From assembly GCA_900772835.1 (NCBI GenBank), contig CAAGSA010000071.1, forward strand, positions 9,566-73,565: a stretch of 64,000 nt of DNA. Reading direction: 5' to 3'. Both the position numbers and the translations under genes were made by a program. This document shows positions 9,886 to 19,821 of the stretch, one piece after another. Under the pieces are notes generated by a model. It searched no databases and was not told where the DNA came from. It worked only from the letters and a program-made list of their open reading frames with translations. Each line of letters starts with the position of its first letter. The stretch's first letter is position 1. This stretch comes from an uncultured Prevotella sp. GTDB lineage: Bacteria > Bacteroidota > Bacteroidia > Bacteroidales > Bacteroidaceae.

Positions 9886-12800
9886 ATGGGAAATAACGAA
9901 AATCATGTTTTCTGGGGCGGAAGTGCAAACTTCATGAAATACGCCTCCTGTGGTTTACTCGCATCGATGATGCTGCTCTCCTATCCGGCAAATGCCAATG
10001 CCGGAGAGGCTACAGGAACTGTCTATGCGCAATCAGTTAACCAGACAAAGGTACTGAACGGTACCATAGTTGACGAACACGGGGAACCTATCATCGGAGC
10101 ATCCGTGATGGTGAAGGGCACGACAAACGGTGGCGTGACCGACCTGGACGGCAAATTCAACATCACTAATCTACCGGCAAACGCAACTCTGGAAATCAGC
10201 TACATCGGCTACAAGACACAGACCGTGGCCGTGGGGAACCAGTCTACGCTCAACATCAAGATGCTGCCCGAAGACAAGCAGCTCGACGAGGTTGTGGTGG
10301 TAGGCTACGGCGTGGTGAAGAAGTCTGACCTCACGGGTTCGGTAGGAAGCGTGAAGTCGGACGTAATCGCCGGAAAAGGCTCCACATCGCTTATGGAAAG
10401 CCTGCAGGGACAGGTTGCAGGTGTGAACATCTCGCAGTCGTCAAGCCGTGCCGGCGACGGATTCAACATCCAGATCCGAGGCAAGAGCTCGATGAACGAC
10501 GACAGCAAGCCGCTCTACGTGATTGACGGAGTGGTGTGCGACAACATGGACTTCCTGAACCCGATGGACATCGAGAAGGTGGACGTGCTGAAGGATGCCT
10601 CGTCTACGGCTATCTATGGTTCGCGCGCAACGAACGGTGTGGTTATGATCACCACAAAGAAGGGCGACGAGAAGGGAACGAGAACCACAGTGAGCTACGA
10701 CGGCTACTGGGGATTCAAGGAGGTTGCCAACATGCCAGAATTCATGAACGGCGACGAATATACAAAATACCGCTTCAGCCGCTATCTGACAGAGAAACTC
10801 GACAACACCACAGGACTCACCTCGTGGGAGATGAAGGGCAGCGACCTCTCAAAGTTCTGGTGCAACGACAGCCCGGTAATCAAGGAAATGTACCAGACCA
10901 AGAACTATACCGACTGGGCTGACCTCGTGACACGCAACGGCTCGCAGCAGAACCACTTCATCAACATTTCAGGAAACGCCAAAGACCTGACATACCGCGT
11001 GGGACTGGGCTACCAGAACGAAGAGGGAGTGCTCTACGACGGATATGAGCGCTGGAACATCAAGGGCGCACTCGACCACAAGATTTCAAAGCAGGTGGCT
11101 GTGGGATTCTCAACAAACCTCGCCACTTCGATGAAGAAATACGGCAGCAAGAACTCGGTGAACAACGGATTCCTCATGAACCCCACCATGCCGGCAAGAT
11201 ACTGGGAGGGCGACAACGCCGGAGAACTCATCTACCAGCCGGGAAAAGACGCAGCAGTGTACCCCACGGGCGGTGGTCCGACTTCGACAATCAACCCGCT
11301 CGTTGACCGCGAGAACTCGAAGGACAACACACGCCAGTACAACGCCATGGCAAACGTATACCTGCAGTACTCCCCAATCAAGGAGGTGATACTGAAGACC
11401 ACGTTCTCGCCAATGTACCAGAAGTCGCACCAGGGAGTGTTCTACGGCTCCGACACACAGGTGCGCGGAGGCAAGGGCAACCAGGCTGAGGACTACAACG
11501 ACGAGACATTCTCATACACATGGGACACCCAGGCAAACTTCATCAAGCGCTTCGGCGACCACAGCCTGAACGTGCTGGGACTCGTTTCCGTATACCAGCA
11601 GAAAGAGCAGGGCAGCTACATGAAGGCCACGAACATGCCGTTCGACGTGGACTGGAACAACATGGGTTCAGGCACGCTCGAAACACGCTCAAGCTACTAC
11701 CGCAAGGTGTCCATGCTCTCATACGTGGCACGTCTGAACTACGGATACATGGACAAATACCTGCTCACGGTATCATCGCGCTGGGACGGAAGCTCCAAGT
11801 TCGCAAAGGGCAACCGCTGGGGTATGTTCCCGTCGGCAGCCGTGGCATGGCGCATCACCGAGGAAGACTTCATGAAGAACACATCAGACTGGCTGAGCAA
11901 CTTGAAGCTCCGTCTGAGCTACGGTGTGACCGGTAACAACATGGGAGTGGGCGCATACGAGACCATGTCGCTCGCAAACAAGAAGTACTACTACAACTTC
12001 GGCAACACAGCAGCAAACGGATACGGATATTCAATGGCGAACTCCGACCTGACATGGGAGAAGACCACTGAGTTCAACCTCGGTCTCGACTTCGGATTCC
12101 TGGACAACCGCATCAACGGTGCCATCGACCTCTATACAAGAAACTCGAAAGACCTGCTCATGGAGATGAAGACTCCGTATGAGCTCGGCTCAGTGACGGG
12201 TGCCATAAAGAGCAACGTGGGCAAGGTGCGCAACCGCGGTATCGAAGTACAGCTCAACACCGTGAACATCAGAAACAAGGACTGGTATTGGGAAACCAAC
12301 TTCTCGTTCGCACGCAACATCAACGAAATCAAGGAGCTGAACGGCGAGAAGAAGGACTTGGTGGGCAACAAGTGGTTCATCGGACAGCCTATCAACGTTA
12401 TCTACGGATACAAGCACACAGGCGTAGCTACACGCGAGGAGGCTGCAGCAATGGCTGCCGACGAACACTGGAAGACAAAGTTCCCGGAGGGAACAATGAA
12501 GGTGGCTGACAAGGACGGCAACGGTACTATCGACGCCAGCGACCGCTACGTGCTCGGACACTGCGACCCCACATGGACAGGAAGCCTGACTTCCACTCTG
12601 ACATACAAGAACCTGGACTTCTCGTTCAGCCTCTACACAAGCCAGGGCGGATACGTATACTCACCGTTCATGCGCGAGTTCGCACGCTACGGATCACGCG
12701 GCACGCAGCACATCAAGCTCGACTATTATATACCGGAGGGAGCACCAATCCTCGCCGACGACGGAACAGTGACCACACAGACCGCCACACACTACGCCAG

Positions 12801-13122
12801 CTGGCCTTTCCCGACAGCAGGCAACGCCACCGGATCATCAGGCGGCGGACGCTTCTGGACAGAGGACGAGAGCGGACAGGCATTCTGCGTGGACAACTCT
12901 TACGTGAAGGTGAAGAACATCACACTGGGATACACATTCCCGAAGAGCTGGATGCAGAAAATCAACGTGTCGAGCCTCAGGGTTTATGTGAACATCCTGA
13001 ACCCGTTCACATTCACCGACTACAAGGGATTCGACCCGGAATGGGCTGACGCTTCTGTAACCGACGGTACGGGCGGTGTAAGTTCAAGAACTTATCAAAT
13101 TGGTGTAAACCTGAAATTCTAA
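9886..13122 (+). CDS. susC: SusC/RagA TonB-dependent transporter
   Basis: LDEVVVVGYG, PLYVIDG, VLKDASSTAIYGSRATNGVVMITTKKG, terminal Phe. Confidence 0.95.
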   Translation: MGNNENHVFWGGSANFMKYASCGLLASMMLLSYPANANAGEATGTVYAQSVNQTKVLNGTIVDEHGEPIIGASVMVKGTTNGGVTDLDGKFNITNLPANATLEISYIGYKTQTVAVGNQSTLNIKMLPEDKQLDEVVVVGYGVVKKSDLTGSVGSVKSDVIAGKGSTSLMESLQGQVAGVNISQSSSRAGDGFNIQIRGKSSMNDDSKPLYVIDGVVCDNMDFLNPMDIEKVDVLKDASSTAIYGSRATNGVVMITTKKGDEKGTRTTVSYDGYWGFKEVANMPEFMNGDEYTKYRFSRYLTEKLDNTTGLTSWEMKGSDLSKFWCNDSPVIKEMYQTKNYTDWADLVTRNGSQQNHFINISGNAKDLTYRVGLGYQNEEGVLYDGYERWNIKGALDHKISKQVAVGFSTNLATSMKKYGSKNSVNNGFLMNPTMPARYWEGDNAGELIYQPGKDAAVYPTGGGPTSTINPLVDRENSKDNTRQYNAMANVYLQYSPIKEVILKTTFSPMYQKSHQGVFYGSDTQVRGGKGNQAEDYNDETFSYTWDTQANFIKRFGDHSLNVLGLVSVYQQKEQGSYMKATNMPFDVDWNNMGSGTLETRSSYYRKVSMLSYVARLNYGYMDKYLLTVSSRWDGSSKFAKGNRWGMFPSAAVAWRITEEDFMKNTSDWLSNLKLRLSYGVTGNNMGVGAYETMSLANKKYYYNFGNTAANGYGYSMANSDLTWEKTTEFNLGLDFGFLDNRINGAIDLYTRNSKDLLMEMKTPYELGSVTGAIKSNVGKVRNRGIEVQLNTVNIRNKDWYWETNFSFARNINEIKELNGEKKDLVGNKWFIGQPINVIYGYKHTGVATREEAAAMAADEHWKTKFPEGTMKVADKDGNGTIDASDRYVLGHCDPTWTGSLTSTLTYKNLDFSFSLYTSQGGYVYSPFMREFARYGSRGTQHIKLDYYIPEGAPILADDGTVTTQTATHYASWPFPTAGNATGSSGGGRFWTEDESGQAFCVDNSYVKVKNITLGYTFPKSWMQKINVSSLRVYVNILNPFTFTDYKGFDPEWADASVTDGTGGVSSRTYQIGVNLKF

Positions 13123-13143
13123 GAATTATAAAAAGAAAGAATT

Positions 13144-14898
13144 ATGAAAAAGATATATTATAGTATAATGGTCGGAGCGATGGCATTCCTGTCAAGCTGC
13201 TCGGGATTCCTGGATCCGGACAGCCGCACAGACGTTCCCACTAACACTTTCTATAACACAACAACCGGCTACGAGAGCCTCACTAACTCAATGTACTCCT
13301 CTCTGCGCACGATGTTCAACAGACAGCCGCACTTGTTCGTGGGCGGAACCGACATCTACGGCGACGGAAAGTCGCAGGGTATGGCAATGACATACTACAC
13401 GTACACCGTGGCTGAAGACTGCATCGAAAAGTTCTACAGCGACTGCTACATCGGCATACAGAAGGCAAACGAAGTAATCGAATACGGCGAGACGACGAAA
13501 GACTCGAAAGTACGCCTGCAGTATATCGACGAGGCACGCTTCATCCGCGCATGGTACTACTTCCAGCTCGTGCAGCAGTTCGGCGGAGTGCCGATGGCCA
13601 ACGACATGTATTCATCGGCAGTGATGAACTTCCCGCGCGAGAGCCTGGGCAACGTATACAAGTTCATCATCAGCGAATTTGAATACCTCGCAGGCAACGA
13701 CTCCAAACTGCTTGCCACAAGCAACGTGGGACGCGCCAACAAGAAGGCAGCCAAGTTCTTCCTCGCAAAGGCTTATCTCACACGCGGATGGCTGAACGGA
13801 CAGGACGCTGAGGCACAGGAGGAGAACATCGCCGAGGCAAGCGACTTCGCCAACGCCAAGAAATACATCCTGGAGGTTATCGGCAGCGATGTTCCAAGCG
13901 AATCTATCGAGAAGGCTTTCGACATCTACAACGAGCAGAGCAGCGAGTTCTTCTGGACTGTACAGTTCAGCGGCGAGACCGTTGACAACCCGAAGGACGA
14001 CGGCTCATACCAGATGGCACAGTTCGGAGCATACCTCGGCGGTGCCGAGTATCCGCGCACCAAGGCTATCGACGGTACCTACTCTCCTAACTTCTGCATG
14101 CACAAGCTCTTCACCAAGGGCGACGGACGCTACGAGCAGACATTCATGACGGAACTCTACGGCACCGAGGACGCCAACGGCACTCCTACATACAACTACT
14201 TCGACTTCTACTATCCGAAGAACGGTTCGAAGGTGCTCTACTACTACGCTCCGTGGTGGGCAACTGATGACGACATCGCTGCCTGGAGAGCAGACGACCC
14301 GAACGGCGTGAAGGCTGGCGCACGCGTAGGCAAAGTGGCACTGACCATCGCCGACGGAGGCGTTGACCCGAACTCCAACCAGCCGGCAGACTGGGCTACA
14401 CGCCGCCACAGCGATGCCGGAGCACCATGCATAAAGAAGTTCGACGACTACACTGAGACATCTATCGCAAACCGCAAATCCACCTGCTCTATGCACGATG
14501 TGTCATGCGCACGCCTGGGTGAAGCTTACCTCATCGCGGCAGAGGCTTACATCATGCTGGGCGACAAGGCTGAGGCAGCAAAGATGATCAACACACTGCG
14601 CAAGCGCCCTGGAACCATCAAGGCTGGCTTCGAAAGCGAGATGACGGTTTCTGCCGACGACATGGACATCGACTTCATCCTGGCAGAACGCGTGCGCGAG
14701 ATGGCAGGAGAGTACGTACGCTGGACCGACTTGAAGCGCACCCACAAGCTCTTCGAGTACGTGAAGAAGTATCAGGAAGACCCTGTGAACGAGTCTAACT
14801 TCAAGGGCGACGACGGCAAGTGGAGAATCCTCCGCCCGATTCCACAGGGAGCCATCGACCGCAACAAGACCGAAATTCAGCAGAACCCTGGATACTAA
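13144..14898 (+). CDS. susD: SusD/RagB surface lipoprotein
   Basis: Lipobox LSSC, EARFIRAWYYF, RLGEAYL, ERVREMAGE..RW.DLKR, terminal QNPGY. Confidence 0.95.
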   Translation: MKKIYYSIMVGAMAFLSSCSGFLDPDSRTDVPTNTFYNTTTGYESLTNSMYSSLRTMFNRQPHLFVGGTDIYGDGKSQGMAMTYYTYTVAEDCIEKFYSDCYIGIQKANEVIEYGETTKDSKVRLQYIDEARFIRAWYYFQLVQQFGGVPMANDMYSSAVMNFPRESLGNVYKFIISEFEYLAGNDSKLLATSNVGRANKKAAKFFLAKAYLTRGWLNGQDAEAQEENIAEASDFANAKKYILEVIGSDVPSESIEKAFDIYNEQSSEFFWTVQFSGETVDNPKDDGSYQMAQFGAYLGGAEYPRTKAIDGTYSPNFCMHKLFTKGDGRYEQTFMTELYGTEDANGTPTYNYFDFYYPKNGSKVLYYYAPWWATDDDIAAWRADDPNGVKAGARVGKVALTIADGGVDPNSNQPADWATRRHSDAGAPCIKKFDDYTETSIANRKSTCSMHDVSCARLGEAYLIAAEAYIMLGDKAEAAKMINTLRKRPGTIKAGFESEMTVSADDMDIDFILAERVREMAGEYVRWTDLKRTHKLFEYVKKYQEDPVNESNFKGDDGKWRILRPIPQGAIDRNKTEIQQNPGY

Positions 14899-14930
14899 TC
14901 CAAGCAAGCTGATACACGACAATACCGAAG

Positions 14931-14965
14931 AAAGGCTGCATCCATAATCCGGGTGCAGCCTTTTT
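14931..14965 (+). terminator. Intrinsic terminator after susD1
   Basis: aaaggctgcatcc/gggtgcagccttt stem followed by T run. Confidence 0.85.
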
Positions 14966-15021
14966 CATTCTCTATACAATATTCCGAGCGAGTTCATCGG
15001 CAATGTCTCCATGCCTTATAC

Positions 15022-15140
15022 TTGGACTATGAATATTGAATCCTTGCCCTATGCATATTATACAATTGGTCTATGAATATCAAACCCTTGGTCTTTGTAT
15101 ATTATACCATTGCCTATGTATACTATGCCATTGACCTTTA
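15022..15140. repeat. Degenerate 22-nt tandem array (~6 units)
   Basis: Units beginning TTG at 15022, 15044, 15066, 15088, 15110, 15131, e.g. ttggactatgaatattgaatcc and ttggtctatgaatatcaaaccc. Confidence 0.75.
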
Positions 15141-15170
15141 AATGATATTAACTTGATAAATAAATGATAT

Positions 15171-15324
15171 TTCCTTCAGTCTACAAATGCAATTACTTCA
15201 ACTGAAGAATGCTGCTCCAGCAATTGCCGAACACTTTTCCTTCAATTAAAGAATGCAGGCACATCAACAGCCGAATGATGCTAAACCGATTTACTTACGC
15301 AGTACCATCAACAGCCGGATACAG
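15171..15324. repeat. Highly degenerate 22-nt tandem array (~7 units)
   Basis: ttccttca at 15171 and 15237 (66 apart), ttacttca at 15193, catcaacagccg at 15262 and 15306 (44 apart). Confidence 0.6.
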
Positions 15325-15359
15325 TTAAATAAATTCTGATTGAGAGTTGGGATATGGAC

Positions 15360-15398
15360 AAAAAAATAGAGGACGACATGATCACTCATACCGGCCTC
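15360..15398 (-). terminator. Intrinsic terminator of the candidate sRNA
   Basis: Minus strand gaggccggtatga-gtga-tcatgtcgtcctc-ta-ttttttt; two pairs form only as G-U on this strand. Confidence 0.75.
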
Positions 15399-15573
15399 CT
15401 GAAAACATTCTTTTTTACCTAACGGATTCTGTTGTGAAAGTAACCCATGAAGCTAATTGCTGTTACAAGTGCTACCGACATCAACGTCATTACCGTCTTA
15501 AAATCTAATAACATAATCTTTACCTTAAATCTATCAAACTACTAACCTATGAAAATGTATTCTCTCGAACACG
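15360..15573 (-). ncRNA. Candidate trans-acting small RNA (~210 nt)
   Basis: Own -7 element TATCTTTG (15577-15584, minus), U/G-rich body with no ORF in the track, hairpin with GUGA loop plus U7 at the 3' end. Confidence 0.65.
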
Positions 15574-15761
15574 GTGCAAAGATACAGTCTTTTGTGTACG
15601 TACACAACAGATAGCATTACTATTTTCTCATTTTTTCGCTTTTAATTGATTTGCGTCAAGTTGAGAAACCAAAAATCACGTATTATTGCTTTTTATTTAC
15701 ACAAAGCAAGTAAACAAGACACAATTATTACAAATTGACTGTACACCAGGAACCGCCACCC

Positions 15762-16451
15762 TCATTGCACCTCATAATACTGCTTCAGTTCGGCTGCGAG
15801 GGCTGCAAGCTGCTCCACATCGTCGTTGCCGTACCGATTCCACACCTTCTGGCAAGGCGAAAGGAGCGGCGAGACGGTAAACTCCTCGTTACGGTTCAGG
15901 TAGGGGTCGATGATTCTGTACACGTCCATCACCTCCACCACTCTCTGCGGCGCAGTGCCGATGAGCCTTGCCAGTTCCTTCACCTCGGGCGTGGATGCCA
16001 CCATGGTGATGGGCGTGAGACGGAAATAGAGGTCGAGCACGAGTATGAGGGCAAGCGGAATGAGGTCGGGGCAGCGCGGTATGGGGCGGAAGTCTGCCTC
16101 GAAGGTCTCGTTCAGCTGCACTCCGTCGTAGAACTCCCCGGGATTGAAGAATCCCGACAGCAGGCGCACCACCTTCGCGTCGGCATCGAGGCGCCGCCTG
16201 TCCGCCGCATAGCGCTTCATCATCTTCAGCAGATGCTGCCGCCTGGTGTCGCGCAGCTCCGTCATGCGCTCGTGGATGAAGTGCGGCGGAATGTGCAGTT
16301 CCAGGCTCAGGGCCACGGTGCTCCTGCCGTACATGGGCTTCACGCCCATCGGCTTCTGCAGATAAAGCTGCACCACAAGAATCCAGAAGTCTTCCTGCCA
16401 CAGGCTGTTTGCCGGCGTGGAGGGTTGGGTATACAGATTTGCCATAAGCAT
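15762..16451 (-). CDS. Hypothetical protein (229 aa)
   Basis: ATG-started ORF with its own -7 element TAAGTTTG (16486-16493, minus); coding-like GC content. Confidence 0.75.
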   Translation of the reverse strand: MLMANLYTQPSTPANSLWQEDFWILVVQLYLQKPMGVKPMYGRSTVALSLELHIPPHFIHERMTELRDTRRQHLLKMMKRYAADRRRLDADAKVVRLLSGFFNPGEFYDGVQLNETFEADFRPIPRCPDLIPLALILVLDLYFRLTPITMVASTPEVKELARLIGTAPQRVVEVMDVYRIIDPYLNRNEEFTVSPLLSPCQKVWNRYGNDDVEQLAALAAELKQYYEVQ

Positions 16452-16557
16452 TGTCGCGATAGATACAGTATATATTGATTTATTGCAAACTTACTTATTT
16501 TCTGTGAAATAAAAGAATAATAGGGGCAACAAATAGGCAAAAAACGGAAAACTTTAG

Positions 16558-16565
16558 TATCTTTG
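16558..16565 (+). promoter_or_regulatory. -7 promoter element of the dehydrogenase gene (divergent promoter pair)
   Basis: TATCTTTG. Confidence 0.7.
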
Positions 16566-16653
16566 CACCGGATATATGCGGCAGCAGCGACAGCCGGACT
16601 GCCGCCCGAACAAAAACAAGCAATAGGAACTAACCAAATTAAAAAACATTTTT

Positions 16654-17457
16654 ATGGATACATTTTCTAAGAAATTCTCGCTTGAGGGCAAGGTGGCCCT
16701 TGTCACGGGAGCTGCCTACGGCATCGGTTTCGCCATTGCCGAGGCTTACGCACAGGCAGGTGCAAAGATTGCGTTCAACTGCCGCTCGCAGCACCACATG
16801 GACCAGGCTCTCGCCGACTACAAGGCTAAAGGCATCGACGCCAAAGGATATATATGCGATGTGACGAACGAGGAGGACGTGAAGAAGATGGTGGCCGACA
16901 TCGAGAAGGAGCTGGGCACCATCGACATACTCGTGAACAACGCCGGAATCATCAAGCGCATACCGATGACGGAGATGTCGGTGGAGGATTTCCGCCAGGT
17001 AGTCGACATCGACCTCAACGCGCCGTTCATCGTGTCCAAGGCAGTGCTGCCGGGAATGATAAAGAAGGGCCACGGCAAAATAATCAACATCTGCTCCATG
17101 ATGAGCGAGCTGGGCAGAGAGACCGTTTCGGCATACGCCGCCGCCAAGGGCGGACTGAAGATGCTGACACGCAACATCTGCTCTGAGTTCGGCGAGCACA
17201 ACATCCAGTGCAACGGCATCGGCCCGGGCTACATCGCCACTCCGCAGACCGCTCCGCTGCGCGAACGCCAGGCCGACGGCAGCCGCCATCCGTTCGACAG
17301 TTTCATCATCAGCAAGACTCCTGCCGCACGATGGGGCACTCCCGAAGACCTGATGGGTCCTGCCGTGTTCCTTGCCTCGGACGCCAGCGACTTCGTGAAC
17401 GGCCACGTGCTCTACGTTGACGGCGGTATCCTTGCCTACATCGGCAAGCAGCCATAA
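16654..17457 (+). CDS. Short-chain dehydrogenase, gluconate 5-dehydrogenase / KduD-like
   Basis: TGAAYGIG, NNAG, YAAAK, ICSMMSELGRETV, GIGPGYIATPQT. Confidence 0.88.
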   Translation: MDTFSKKFSLEGKVALVTGAAYGIGFAIAEAYAQAGAKIAFNCRSQHHMDQALADYKAKGIDAKGYICDVTNEEDVKKMVADIEKELGTIDILVNNAGIIKRIPMTEMSVEDFRQVVDIDLNAPFIVSKAVLPGMIKKGHGKIINICSMMSELGRETVSAYAAAKGGLKMLTRNICSEFGEHNIQCNGIGPGYIATPQTAPLRERQADGSRHPFDSFIISKTPAARWGTPEDLMGPAVFLASDASDFVNGHVLYVDGGILAYIGKQP

Positions 17458-17483
17458 TCCTCACGCAAAGGAACGAATGCTTC

Positions 17484-17530
17484 GTCTTCCCCCAATATAT
17501 ATATAATATGTATCGGGGGAAGACTTTTTT
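17484..17530 (+). terminator. Intrinsic terminator
   Basis: gtcttccccc/gggggaagac stem followed by T6. Confidence 0.75.
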
Positions 17531-17545
17531 ATTGGCAGATGCACC

Positions 17546-17628
17546 GCTTACGATTCATAAACGGCACGTTTGTCATTCGCAAATGCCCCACTTGCGAATG
17601 GTAAACATACCGGTTATGATTCGTAAGC
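17546..17628. repeat. 83-bp palindromic element built from 22-nt units
   Basis: 37-bp arms 17546-17582 and 17592-17628 with 31/37 complementary; shares gtttgtcattc and attcataaacg with the reverse complement of the 40.8-kb array. Confidence 0.75.
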
Positions 17629-17817
17629 AAAGTATTGCGTTTCTCTTACAGTGACGACTTTACAACACCACAAAACACACTGATTATAAGTAAAACACAT
17701 AGCTTTGCTTACAATTTTTCGAGACCCCCGTTTTTACACCCCCTTCTACGCGTGTTTTCCGGACAAAAAAGATAGAAGAAAAATCAGTTTTGTTGGCAGA
17801 AATTATTGTTTTATTGC

Positions 17818-17825
17818 TAATTTTG
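17818..17825 (+). promoter_or_regulatory. -7 promoter element of rbfA
   Basis: TAATTTTG ~100 nt upstream of the ATG. Confidence 0.55.
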
Positions 17826-17928
17826 TATCAAAGTTCCGCTGCGGAAACGCCGCGCGCCGCCGCCGACGGCAACAGACCGCCGCAGGGCGACATACAGGGA
17901 CGCAACAATAAAACAACAATAGAACAAT

Positions 17929-18264
17929 ATGCAAGAAACAAGACAAAACCGAATAGCAAGGCTTCTGCAGAAAGAGCTGAGCCTGATTTTCCAGAGCCAG
18001 ACGAGAGCCATGCACGGAGTGATGGTGTCGGTGACGAGAGTGAAAGTTAGCCCCGACCTCAGCATCTGCACTGCCTATCTGAGCATCTTCCCGTCAGCAA
18101 AGGGAGAGGAGATAATCGAGAACGTGAGGAGAAACGAGAAGACCGTGCGCTACGACCTGGGGCAGCGCGTGCGCAACCAGCTGAGAATAATACCCGAACT
18201 GAGATTCTTCATCGACGACTCGCTCGACTACATTGAGCACATCGACGAACTGCTCAAGAAATAA
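17929..18264 (+). CDS. rbfA: Ribosome-binding factor A
   Basis: RQNRIARLLQKEL, VSVTRVKVSPDLS, LRIIPELRFFIDDS. Confidence 0.95.
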   Translation: MQETRQNRIARLLQKELSLIFQSQTRAMHGVMVSVTRVKVSPDLSICTAYLSIFPSAKGEEIIENVRRNEKTVRYDLGQRVRNQLRIIPELRFFIDDSLDYIEHIDELLKK

Positions 18265-18300
18265 CCGTCCGGGCGGACGACAAGACAGGAAGGAAGAAAA

Positions 18301-19530
18301 ATGAATTTTCCGTTTTACATTGCCCGGCGCTACCTCTTCTCGAAGAAGAGCACACACGCCATAAACATCATCAGCGCCATAAGCGCAGTGGGCGTGGCGG
18401 TGGCCACGATGGCACTCGTGGTGACGCTGAGCGTCTTCAACGGCTTCCACGACCTGGCGGCCACATTCTTCACATCGTTCGACCCGCAGCTCGAAATCGT
18501 GCCGAAGGAGGGGAAGACGGCACCTGCCGACGACCCCCTGCTGACAGAAATCAGGAGGATGCCGCAGGTGGACGTGGCCACGGAATGCCTCAAGGACCAG
18601 GCGCTCGCCATATACAAGGGCCGCCAGGCGATGGTCACACTGATGGGAGTGGACGACAACTTCGACCGCATGTCGCGCATCGACGAGATTCTCTACGGCG
18701 ACGGCTCCTTCACGCTGCACGCCGCCAACCTGAACTTCGGCGTGGTGGGCATACGTCTGGCGCAGACGCTGGGCATGAACGCCAACTGGGACGGGTCGCT
18801 GATGATATACGCACCGCGCAAGACGGGGCAGCTCGACCTTGCCAACCCGGGCGACGGGTTCGTGGTGGACTCGCTCATATCGCCCGGAACGGTGTTCATG
18901 GTTAAGCAGGCGAAATACGACCGCGACCACGTGCTTGTGCCCATAAGCTTCGCGCGCAGCCTCTTCGAGCAGCAGGGAATGCTCTCCTCGCTGCAGATAA
19001 GGCTGAAGAACGGCAGCGACCTCGACGCCGTGAAGCAGCGGATGCAGCAGGTGGCAGGGCAGAGGTACAGGGTGCTCGACCGCTACGAGCAGCAGCAGGA
19101 CACGTTCCGGATAATGAAGGTGGAGAAGTTCATTGCCTACATCTTCCTCACGTTCATACTCATCGTGGCGAGCTTCAATATCATCGGCTCCATATCAATG
19201 CTGCTCATCGACAAGAAGGACGACATAACCACGCTGCGCGACCTGGGCGCCACCGACAGACAGATTGCGCACATCTTCCTTTTCGAGGGCAGGCTCATAT
19301 CGCTCATCGGTGCCGTGGCAGGCATACTCATAGGACTGCTGCTCTGTCTGCTGCAGCAGATGTTCGGCATAGTGTCGCTGGGACAGTCGAGCGGCACATT
19401 CGTGGTGGACGCATACCCCGTGAGCGTGCATCCGGAAGACGTGGCAGTGGTGTTCATCACGGTAGTTGCCGTGGGATTCACCGCCGTGTGGTATCCCGTA
19501 CGCTATTTCAGCCGCAGGCTGCTCAAATGA
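18301..19530 (+). CDS. LolC/E (FtsX/MacB-like) ABC permease
   Basis: IARRYLFSKK, SVFNGF, periplasmic domain, LRDLGA and IFLFEG, C-terminal TM helices. Confidence 0.87.
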   Translation: MNFPFYIARRYLFSKKSTHAINIISAISAVGVAVATMALVVTLSVFNGFHDLAATFFTSFDPQLEIVPKEGKTAPADDPLLTEIRRMPQVDVATECLKDQALAIYKGRQAMVTLMGVDDNFDRMSRIDEILYGDGSFTLHAANLNFGVVGIRLAQTLGMNANWDGSLMIYAPRKTGQLDLANPGDGFVVDSLISPGTVFMVKQAKYDRDHVLVPISFARSLFEQQGMLSSLQIRLKNGSDLDAVKQRMQQVAGQRYRVLDRYEQQQDTFRIMKVEKFIAYIFLTFILIVASFNIIGSISMLLIDKKDDITTLRDLGATDRQIAHIFLFEGRLISLIGAVAGILIGLLLCLLQQMFGIVSLGQSSGTFVVDAYPVSVHPEDVAVVFITVVAVGFTAVWYPVRYFSRRLLK

Positions 19531-19583
19531 TTCCACCGTACGGTATCCACCGTACGGCAATACACAATATCTGACTCCAAGAG

Positions 19584-19637
19584 GCAGGAAATGGAGAACC
19601 GGAGAATGCGGAAATTCTCCTGTTCTCCATTTTCTGC
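19584..19637. other. Long stem-loop without U-tract
   Basis: gcaggaaatggagaac...gttctccattttctgc with inner ggagaat/attctcc. Confidence 0.6.
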
Positions 19638-19821
19638 AAAATAAAAAAAGCCGCCTGCCACAGGAAAAACACACCGACGCAGGCCGACGGGCACCCGCCG
19701 GCAGACACTTGCCGCACATCACACGGTTACAAAACGCGGGCACACGCGTCCTCAAATATAAAAGGAAAAGAAACCGAACTCTACTTATAAACGGAAAAGA
19801 CTAAAAAGTAAACATTATAGA

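Noticed and set aside
19533..19557. ccaccgtacgg direct repeat after the permease gene
   Set aside because: Only two short copies with no other occurrence noticed
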